Shown here piece after piece: positions 13,201 to 24,164 of a DNA stretch of 64,000 nucleotides. Positions within the stretch are counted from its first letter, which is position 1. Each line of letters starts with the position of its first letter. Made by a program: the position numbers and the translations under genes. The stretch lies in contig CM022672.1 of assembly GCA_012295275.1 (NCBI GenBank), forward strand, positions 22,320,001 through 22,384,000, written 5' to 3'. The notes beneath the pieces are model-generated. The model did no database searches and had not been told where the DNA came from. It worked only from the letters and a program-made list of their open reading frames with translations. Source of the DNA: Chrysomallon squamiferum (taxonomy: Eukaryota > Animalia > Mollusca).

Positions 13201-14297
13201 TCACCATGACAAATCACATGTGTCATCAACAAAAAGTCGACATCACTAACGTTGAAGTTACTGCTCGTTTTGCTGAAAGACTGAAGAGCGCGTAGAGACT
13301 GACCTACTTTTGAAACAGCCGATCCGATGTCTGTTGAGGAGTAACCATGACCTTCGTTGTGTTCGCTATCAGCGCTTGTCGTTTGACTGTTCAAGCGCAA
13401 TGCTGTGTTAGCTGAGGGATTTATCAATAAACAAACTGGTAACAATTAGCTAACGCCGAATACATTATAATATACTTACTCTCTCAGTGACATTAGTACG
13501 TCAGCTATTTTGCATTCGTCTGTAAACACCCCAGTGCCTCAGTGGATGTGGAATAACAGGAAAATAATTGTTAACTTAAAAAATGTGATTTCAGATCATT
13601 GCGGTTTGCATATAAAGCATACGCCGCTGTTGTAAAATAAATTAAGGCATAAGACAACGGTATAGGCTATATATCTCACATACGAATGCTTCCTACAATA
13701 AATTCTTTAACTGAAATGTTCAATGCAAAACTAATCTGATACAAAAATATCTGGAAAATAATATTCACTGAGAACTACTGAATTAATTATATTTAATATA
13801 GGGCGATTCTATAGAACGCGAGCAATGCAGAGTAACATGCTGTATATATAGTCTTCATTAAACATACATATACAAGCATACACGCACCCCTACAGGTAAA
13901 AAGAATAATTTCCAGCAATTTCTCTGTTATGCAGTCTAAAATTACTAAAACTATGTTATAATCTCTGATTTATAATAACTAACAGTTAAGACATCATTCA
14001 CTATAATAATAACTCAGTGAAAATTGAAATATCAAAATGAACCTTAAACTGAACAAAATGTGGTCTGAATGAAACAAAAACAAAAAAAAACACTCAAAGA
14101 ATACGGTAATTTCTTACAGCATTGTATTCATAAGGAGAGAGGGCACAGACAAAGAGATAAGGCATGATAAGATAATCAAGATACAGAAACAAAGAATTAA
14201 AATTAATACTCGAACAGAAATAAATTAAAAGAGAATAAAAACACAGCCGCGAAGAGGCAAACAGTCCTCTTAAAAACACCTACGCTATCTTGTGCAG

Positions 14298-14359
14298 ACT
14301 TGTTCGAACTCATGGATTACGAACTGGCACAGGTTTACGCGAACGAACATGCACTAAAG
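14298..14359 (+). other. Putative host exon interrupted at its 3' end by the hAT insertion (xLFELMDYELAQVYANEHALK)
   Basis: Acceptor tcttgtgcag| at 14297; removing the element and one TSD copy restores AAG|GTATGT (16801); open reading in phase 1->0. Confidence 0.4.
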
Positions 14360-16792
14360 CAGTGGTGGCCAAACTACGGCCCGCGGGCCGCATCCGGCCC
14401 CCAGTCCTGTTTCATCCGGCCCGCCAAACACCTTGCCTTGTTTTTTTCCAAGCACCATATTTACCACTGTGAACAAGCAGTGCAACAGCGCTGGCTGCTA
14501 CTAGCAGTAGCTTGTGGCAAGCGTTGTTATTTTTAGAATAAATGCCCTTGCAGCGTTATTTTTAGAACAGTCTGCCAACCATGACGTAAGTAGCTAACAT
14601 AGCCTGTATGTGCTCTTTTTCACATCCCTTTGGCCTACTAGCCTACTTTGTAAGAAATCAGGAAGTTAATTGTTCCAGCTTTGACTTTCAGTATTTTACT
14701 GAGCATGTAAGAGACAATACGCACATTGGATTTTCTTCTCAGAAGCAGCAATAATTTTATTTTTTTCTCTACCTTATCAGTTAAAATGTCTCCAACGAAA
14801 AAGAGAAAAGTAGATGATGAATGCCGAGTTTTTAAGGAGGAATGGACATATCAATATTTGTTCACTGCGGTAAATGGTAAAGCAGCGTGTTTAATTTGTA
14901 ATGAGGGAATATCAGTTTTTAAAGAATATAATTTGAAAAGATACTATAATACAAAACACGCTGGATACAGTGAAAGACTATCAACAGAGCAAAAGGTTAA
15001 TAAAGCTGCTGATATGGTGAAAAATCTAATAAAGCAACAGTCGCTTTTTTCAAAGACACAATCCATTCACATTTCAGCAACAGAAGCTAGTTTTTATATT
15101 AGTTACAAAATTGCACAATGCAAAAAACCTTTTTCTGATGGAGAATTTGTAAAAGACTGCATTGTGGATGCGGCACGCATACTTTGTCCAGAAGCACAGA
15201 ATAAATTTGAGAATATTGCACTATCAAGGAATACAGTTATGAGAAGGGTACAAGATATCAGCAAAGATTTGTCCCAACAGCTTCACACTGCTTGCACTGA
15301 TTTCATGTGGTTTTCATTAGCTCTGGATGAAAGCAATGATGTTCAGGACATTGCACAACTCATGATATTTATACGTGGTATCAAGTCAGATTTTACAATT
15401 TCAGAGGAGTTGTTATCAGTTGAACCTTTAAAAGGCACAACTACGGGGGAAGACCTGTGTAAATGTGTAATAAAGTGTGTGGAGGAGGCTGGCCTGCCGT
15501 GGAATAAATTGGTGAGTATCACTACTGACGGTGCACCTGCTCTAACTGGAAAAAACAAAGGCATGATTAGCCTCCTACAAAAGAAGATTAAAGAAAACTG
15601 TCCTCAGCATGAAATATGGAAATTTCATTGTATCATTCATCAAGAAAGTTTATGCAAGTCAGCTCTGGATTTTTAATCATGTGATACGTCCTGTAGTTGA
15701 AGTAGTTAATCTACTCAGATCCAGACCATTATCACACAGACAATTCAAGACATTACTGGATGATATTGAGACTGAATATAAAGATGTGCTATATCACAAT
15801 AGTGTTCGGTGGCTTAGTCATGGGAAAGTTCTAAGAAGAGTCTTTGAACTAAGAGACGAAATTCTCCTTTTCCTTGATATCAAACAAATGAAATGTGATT
15901 TTATAGAGAAGATGAAAAATGATTACTGGCTTTGTGATTTTATGTTTGCCACTGAAATGTTTGAAAAGCTCAATTCTCTAAATTTGGAATTGCAAGGAAA
16001 AGGATTATTTGTGCATGATATGTACACCAAAGTAAAGCTTTTGAGGCAAAACTCTCACTTTTTGCCAAACAGATATCAGAATGTAATTTTATTCGTTTTT
16101 CTTTGCTAAGGAAGGCAACAGTAGATAGTAAACTTGCTGAAAAATACAGCAATCAACTCTGCATCTTGAAACAAGAATTCCAAAGAAGATTTTCAGACTT
16201 CAGAGTAATGGATTCATCATTTAATATACTTGTTTCACCCTTCAGTACAGAAATTGAGACAGCCCCTGATGTTCTTCAGCTGGAACTAATAGATCTACAA
16301 GCTAATAATGAGCTGAAAATGAAGTTTAGGAATATGCCTTTGGTAGAATTTTTCAAATATTTGCCTGCTGAAAAGTTTATCAATCTACGAGGTTTTGCTG
16401 CTAGGATGCTGTGTATATTTGGATCAACTTATATTTGTGAACAGACTTTTTCATGCTTAAATCAAACAAAGTCAAAAAACAGATCAGTATTGTCAGATTC
16501 AAATTTACAAGCAATTATGAAAGTTTCGACAACTAGTTTTACTCCAGACTTTAAAAGGCTTGTTCAAAATTGTGGACAGTTGCATTTATCTCATTGATAT
16601 ATAAACCTTTTATTAAATACAAGTGTAAACAAGATGGTGTTATTTTTTTGTTATTCTACTACAATAATATATATTTTAATAAAGATGGCAACCAGTTACG
16701 ACAAATTTTACGTAAATTTCATTTAATCCGGCCCTCCAGTGGCAAGAAAGTTGCAAATTTGGCCCTCTGGTAAAAAAGTTTGGCCACCCCTG
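14360..16792 (+). mobile_element. Full-length hAT DNA transposon (Buster/Charlie/SPIN/OC1-type), 2433 bp
   Basis: TIRs CAGTGGTGGCCAAACT (14360-14375) and reverse-complement CAGGGGTGGCCAAACT (16777-16792), 1 mismatch. Perfect 8-bp TSD CACTAAAG at 14352-14359 and 16793-16800 fits the Buster-family nnnTAnnn consensus. Subterminal GGCCC repeats at both ends; internal transposase. Confidence 0.96.
14786..16597 (+). pseudogene. hAT transposase (GTF2IRD2/EPM2AIP1-like family), ~603 aa after correcting two 1-bp frameshifts
   Basis: N-terminal NLS KKRK, BED-like CLIC...KRYYNTKH, DDE catalytic motifs LDES, TDGA and STYICEQTFS, plus CIIH and VRWLS. An extra T at ~15670-15674 and a missing A at ~16034 split it into ORFs 14726-15676, 15609-16109 and 16103-16597. 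Confidence 0.92.
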
Positions 16793-17483
16793 CACTAAAG
16801 GTATGTACGCTTCAAATGGTTGACTGAGTGACTTGTATGGAACTAAACAAATGCATTGTCATTTATTTCTATGTTTTCATTTCTGTCTAACCGTCAGTGA
16901 GTTCGAGTAAGAATCTAAATGAGCTTTTTATATTGTATAATAAAAATAATAGAACATGTTTTAATCGATCGTGATGAAAAAAAAAAAAAAAAAAATAGTT
17001 CAGAAGATTTTGGCTGTTAAGTCAATAGTTACAATCATTAAGTATCATCTTTAACATCAGCATCTCAACACCATAACCATTATGCCATCATTATCATCAT
17101 TAATGTCAGCAACAGCAAAATGAATTTTACTCTTTATATTTATTATTATTATTATTATTATTAACATCATCATCATCACCATCATTTTAATATTGCTAGA
17201 ACGGAAGGATGGTTTTATGTGTATCTTTTTAATTTTTTAATTAATTTTATATATGTTTCTGCTCGGTTTTGTTTTGTTAGGGGTGGGTAGGTTATTTTTT
17301 ATTTATTTTTTGGAGGGAGGGGGGATGTTTTGTTGTGTTTTAGATTTTTGGGTTCTTTTTTTAAATCATTTATTTTTTTCTACTTCTTTTTTATCATTTT
17401 ATTTAATTATTTATTTATTTATTTTATGTTTGTTCTTTCATTGTTTTGGGATTTTATTATCATCATCATCATCATCATTATTC

Positions 17484-17515
<32 letters not shown>

Positions 17516-19119
17516 ATTATTATTTCTTTGACATTTGAGAAGTAAACGCGAAAAACAACGCAAATATTATCGTTATAAAATGATATATTTAAATCAGTTA
17601 AACTCATTAATCATTTGATACTATAATTCAACTGAATACAGTTAATTATTCATAATTTTCATTATATAATTGTGTGTGTCTGTGTCTGTGTGTGTGCGCA
17701 TGTGTGTTTGGGAGAAAGTTATTTTTTACCGTTAAAAGAAACATAATAATAAGAAGAGAATATCAAGAGAAAGTGATGGCTGATTCCAATTTTCATGGAA
17801 ATACTGAAATTAATATACAGTTCTTCGACTGCACACGCGAGCATGGTTAATTTTCAGTTTGCAAGTATATCTATCGCACAAACTATGAGAGTATGAGATC
17901 GAAAACAGATAGCCATACACACACACACACACAAACAAACATACAACATATACATACATACATACATACATACATACATACACATATTTACGTATATATA
18001 AACATAGGTACATATATATCTATATGCATACAAATAGAGGTATACGTAGACACTAATATACACAGATACACACACACACTCACACCCATACATACATACA
18101 TACACTCATGAACACATATGCACACACACACACACACATAAACACACACAACAAATATATACACACTTCAGTTACATACAAGTTATAACCAGTACAATTT
18201 CATCTCAGATAGGTGAACATTACCAAGATCTTGTTTGTAAGCAACGTGGCTGACGATGCATGACGTGTGTCTTTAAAAACCACAACACCGTGCTGCAGCT
18301 TGTCAGTGTCTTGTCGATATGTGTAGCAGTGAGTCACAATTCGCAACCGCTGTGGATGTCACCAGTCTGACAATTTATACATATACATGGGTATAAATAA
18401 GCCGACATGTGTAAGTGACAGTATTGTTTTTGATGGAGAGAATATAATGGGTCTGATAACGCTTGAAATGTCTTGCACGATCATTTCATGACGTTGAAGA
18501 AAGAGAAGGTCCATTCTGCCACAGAAAGGGAGGGGTCGTTTAGAAAAGGGTGCGATCCAAAATGTCTGTAAGGGTTGTATTCTTACGCTGGTAGACGTCA
18601 TTTTCAAGATGGAAGGATATCATCGTTAAAAGTGAAGTAAAATAAAATAAAATAAAATAATAAAGATTATATAAGAAAAATAAAAATAGATGTGTCGCAG
18701 AGAAGGTGTGAGTCTCTGGTGTTTATCCAGCTTGTTGGATGTGTTATTTCTAACAGTGGTCACGTTACCTGTTTTACTGTTTAGTTATATGACAACAAAT
18801 AACTATTACTTTAAAAAAAAGGAAAAATTTCAAAAAGTCATTCCCATGTTTGCATAGAAACGGTATCTTTAATTTTATTCATTACAATTTCTTTTTCTTT
18901 TTTAGTATAATAAGTAATTAAAACGAGTGGATTTCTTTTCTTCTTCTCTCTAAAAAAAAAAAAAAATTTGCTTATTTATTATGAGCATTCTTTTTTATGT
19001 TAATTCAAAATCGATTAAATTGAAAATTTTAAAACCAAATAGCTAATTTAAAAATTTCTGCTTTCATAAAATAAATCCATGCAGAGTTTGAAAAATATAC
19101 TTTAATGAACTTTAAGAAT

Positions 19120-19159
<40 letters not shown>

Positions 19160-19332
19160 TAATTTGTTATCTTATAAACGTTTTTACTTTTATCCTGTGA
19201 TCCCGAAAAGGGTGAGTATACAGCGTAGATAAGTATCCTAGCGTTGTTTCAAAAACAACAAAAAAACAAACAAACAAGATATGTAAGATGTGCCGAGAAG
19301 GTGAGTGTAGCATAGATAAGTATCGTATCCTT

Positions 19333-19372
<40 letters not shown>

Positions 19373-19702
19373 GAAAAAAAAAAAGAAGAAAAAAAGTGAA
19401 AAAAAAATGAAAATTAATAAACTAGGTGATTTAAATTAGTGCCAGCATGCCGCTGCCTGGCCTACATAAAGGTAACACAGTCTCATAAAGGACTCGCTGT
19501 TTAAATCACATTGAAATGCTAACAATCCGAAGCTTACAACAGGGAATCGCCCATGACATTGTAATATTGCATGAATAATTTCAAATATCGTATTCGTGTC
19601 CTAGTCTAGAAAGTACCCATGTATACAGTGCGTAGAGGTAAATGCGACTGAGTTACAACATACTATTAACACTGTTTTAAAATGCACTTACTTAAGTAAT
19701 CC

Positions 19703-19809
<107 letters not shown>

Positions 19810-20570
19810 GGCTTCAGCGAATGCCAAAACATAACTAAAACTTCAAATCGACATTAAATTCAGCTCAAAAAGGTTTTCCGCTTTCATCCAATACTAAATA
19901 GAATTACTAATCAATGAATCTTTCGTGTTTTAACATGCTCTCATACTGAAAATGACTGACTACAAGAAATAGCCACAGATGGTACATATTTTTATAATCA
20001 ACAAGCAGACGTAACATAAACCTGTGTAATTCATTTAACATCACTGCAACGTTATTTTTATTATCATTTTTAACTTTTTAATTTATTTTTTATTACTGTT
20101 ATTATATTAAATGCGTGCAACAGGAACTAAAAGAGAAATATAGTCATTTTCGTTCACGGCTTTGCATAGTGTTGTTTGGTATCAGTCCTGTCATTACGTC
20201 TGATCTTATTAATGGGCGGGGCAAAGTGACCTACTTAAAGCAGAAGTCATAGGTCCTTGTTTTGCACATTCAAAATCATTTGAGCTTTGCACGTCAGTCG
20301 GATGAGAATGATTTTTTTTTTTTGATAGACTGATGTATTTAAGCATGGTCAAGTCTTCCAGTAAAACCAAAGTACAAATCAAATACAACAGAAATAGCCG
20401 AATATGCATAATGAATATAACAGTCTAGAAACATTATTTTTCCAAATGTCTTTCCAAGTATTATGTTGGCCTGAAAGTTATTGGTTTGGCAAAATGCTAC
20501 ATTTCTTGTATTTATGCGTTTAAATAAAGATGGTAACGTTAATTTTACATGTACACGCACATACAAATAC

Positions 20571-20670
<100 letters not shown>

Positions 20671-21036
20671 AGACACGTTCGGTTATTCATGAATTATGTA
20701 TAACATAAATTATTTTTATTTACTTCTTCCTCTGTTTAAAACCCAAAATATAGTCCCGCGCTAAAATATCTAAATAAGTCACAAAAAAATATTGGAATAA
20801 AAGTTGATTTAAAAAAAAAAAATAATAATAATAGCAAACACTTTAATTTTTGCCTAAATTTGTTCAACGTTCAACAAGACAAGGTTAAACTTTGAAGAAA
20901 CCAATACGTTCTTATTTGTTTTCTTCTTTTGGTCGATTCATTTCGCCATTTATTCTTCAAACAGGAAAATTTAAATCTTTTTTAATCAAAACCACCCCCC
21001 CCCCCAAGGTCCACTGTTTTTGTGTATGATATATAT

Positions 21037-21059
<23 letters not shown>

Positions 21060-21084
<25 letters not shown>

Positions 21085-21491
21085 TATATGTATATATAAT
21101 TCACACAAACACACACACACACACGCACGTACGTACGTACGTACGTACATACAAAAACAAATTCGTAATCAAAATACTTAATCAAATAACATAAAATCAG
21201 GATTTTTTTTTTGTTTTTTTATTTGTTTGTTTGTTTGTTTGTTTGATTTGTTTTGTTTATAATTAGAAGTCGTCTCATTACAGAAACGCTCGCTTCAAAA
21301 TCGGGTGCTCGTAGGATCAATACTTCTCTGTGCCATCATTCATGCCCATTACATCGAAACCGACGTTCAAAATCCAAGTTGATGTATTTTCCTATCCATC
21401 TTATATAGGCCTATATAGAAGAAAAAACATTCTGATTTTATGTTATTTGATTAAGTATTTTGTTTACGAATTCATGTTTTTGTATGTACGT

Positions 21492-21559
<68 letters not shown>

Positions 21560-21664
21560 TATATATACATATATATGCAAATATATATATATAAGATAGA
21601 TAGGAAAATATACAAGCTTAGATTTTGAACCTCGGTTTTGATGTATTAACATGAATGATGGCAC
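21060..21664. repeat. Interlocking imperfect inverted repeats (21060-21205 / 21425-21590 and 21329-21408 / 21590-21664)
   Basis: For example caaaatacttaatcaaataacataaaatcag vs ctgattttatgttatttgattaagtattttg, and gtgccatcattcatg vs catgaatgatggcac. Confidence 0.8.
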
Positions 21665-22126
21665 GTTCAAATATTTATTGCTAATTAGCAAGAAAAAGCA
21701 AAAAAAAAAAAAAATTTATAAAAAAATCGACGGGGATATGGCAAATGTTATTTCCAGTTATATCGTTATATTAAAAGAATCGTAAATCTGAACCATCATA
21801 CCTCTCGTTGAAAATAATAACTGATTATAATTCATTAGTTTATTTTCAAATAGTTATGTTTTGTTTCGATCTGAAATATTGAAAAATATTTTAATTCCTG
21901 TTATGAATTCTGTTCCGCATGTTTTAAAAGAATTACGACGTAAAAAATGTAATAATTGTTAATCAGTTTTCATAGAAAGTAAAATTAAGATGAACATATA
22001 CATACATATATATATATATAAGTAAAACTGCTGCCTATATTTTTTTAAATGATCCTGTATGGTATGTCTATCTGTATTACGAACGCAGGTATTTATGTAC
22101 GTTACCATCTACGTATGCATGCCAAT

Positions 22127-22166
<40 letters not shown>

Positions 22167-22171
<5 letters not shown>

Positions 22172-22236
22172 TAAAAATCTACTTCAATAAATATATATAT
22201 TTATACATATATTTATTGAAGTAGATTTTTAAATTT
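22167..22236. repeat. Near-perfect 70-bp palindrome (30-bp perfect arms)
   Basis: aaatttaaaaatctacttcaataaatatat ... atatatttattgaagtagatttttaaattt. Confidence 0.9.
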
Positions 22237-23353
22237 TCTACGACGTAATTTTTTTTTAATAGTTTACAAGAAATTTTATAACAGGATGTTAAATATTTTA
22301 TATATGTCTCTATGAAATAAAAAATTATTTTTACCTGTAAAATAAAAACTATTATTTAATTATTGAGAACTATAACTAAGTCCAATCACGACCTCACAAA
22401 CATCAGATGCATATACCGATTATTTTTAGATAAGAAGCTGGGGAGACCTTTCCGAAATAATATGTAAGTTTAAATTATAAATTAGACAGGGTTTATTCAC
22501 AGTTCTTTGAATTGTTGTCTCTTCGCAAACTGAACTGTGAAGTTAACTTCCAGTTAAGCTTTGAATATCATTCAAAACATGAGCGGGTATAATACACATT
22601 TATTTTATTATTATTTTTTTTTTATTTTTTTTTATTTTTTTTTTTTTTTTTTAGGCGGGAGTGTGTTTCCAACTAGGAAAGCCACCCCATAATTCGCCCC
22701 TAAGATGCACTTCGAACTTGTTCGATAGCTGCAGATAATCATCGCATTCTGTAAAATAAACCTCTTTTTTTTTTTTTTTTTTTTTTTTTCCTTTATGTCA
22801 TTTTTGGGTGTATTTAATTTGTCGGCAATCATTTTTGGGTGTGAAGGGCGGGCGGGTGGATAGATGTATTCATGCACCCATGCATGAAAGCATGAATGTG
22901 TGTATGTATTTATGTTTGGATGTGTGGATATGTACAAATACACACACACACACACACACCCTAGATACAAACCAAGACAAGGATTAGTAAGAGGTATTTA
23001 TTATTAACTGAAATGAAATAACCTTTGTAAGTTGAAACTGATCAGAAACAGGTAACATTATACAGGTAGACCGAGGAAGGTAGATACTACTTCGCTGAAT
23101 TCGGGACATCACTGTGTCGCATGTTGTGTCAATTCGAATGTAAACAAAAAAAAATAAACATTAAGAAATAAAGATCCTTTGTTTAAAAATGTTTATAAAA
23201 TACTTTTGTTTTGTTTTGTTCTTGTTGTTGTTGTTTGTTGTTTTGTTTTTTTGTTTTTTTTTTTTTCTTTTATTGTAACTGTTCGCCAAAATCTTTTATA
23301 TCCAACCACTCTCTACGACTGAATTATTTTGTATTAAAATGTTTACAGAACAC

Positions 23354-23524
23354 CTGTGCGTTAACGTCTGATATATATTCTTCATGAAAGTTATTTTGAA
23401 ATTCCGAAAGGTTGATTCTGTGGAGGAAACGAAAAGATAGAGGAAAATGATTTAGCACAGCTCGATCTTCATATTAAATGTTTGTTTTGTTTCGTTTGCT
23501 TTTCTTTCTCGTTGGTTTGGCAAG

Positions 23525-23605
<81 letters not shown>

Positions 23606-24164
23606 TAATAAAAAAGCGTCATACGAACAATTTCGTGGGAATATGTGTCAGATTAAATCATCGGTATATCAAAAATAATAGATATTTATCTGCATGTTGA
23701 TACTATTTCAGTGTAAACAGTCTTCTTACACGTTTATTCAAATTATTATTTACTTTTGCTCAGTCTTACTTAAACTGAGAATGCTTGAATCATTCTGTGT
23801 AACTCTAACCTAGTAATTTAGCTACTTTATTTTAAAATGTTATCGAAACAGGAGTTTTATCTGCAAAGACACCTTCTGGATAAAAGATCTTCCCCACAGT
23901 TCGATCAGATCACACCTGGAAACTCAACGCCTTTATAGAGATTCTGCAGCCGAAGCAACAGCCAAAACATGCAAAAGACAAAATTTCGTTTGATCAAAGT
24001 CCTATTACAATAATGTGAATCATGTACGACTCGAGAGCAAAGCAATTTTAAGGTGATCTGCATTGACCTTACATAATTTTTCGTTCGACATCCGAGTGTA
24101 AGTTTCCGTCGCACGTTACGAATTGCGCAGCATAAGTTTGAGTTTCGCCGCTTTGTTTATTCAT
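23354..24164 (-). other. Possible two exons of an unidentified gene (24164-24073 and 23417-23354)
   Basis: ATG...AT|GTAAGG (phase 2) joins in frame to a strong acceptor tttcgtttcctccacag|, giving MNKQSGETQTYAAQFVTCDGNLHSDVERKIIINLSEFQNNFHEEYISDVNAQ. No recognisable domain. Confidence 0.25.

Noticed and set aside
13188-13520. 85-aa minus-strand ORF and adjacent small exon-like segment
   Set aside because: Splice phases do not join (immediate stop) and no recognisable domain; not called.
14726-14785. ORF-track start of the transposase at 14726
   Set aside because: It starts at TTG within a probable intron/pyrimidine tract; the ATG at 14786 (MSPTKKRK) fits hAT transposases.
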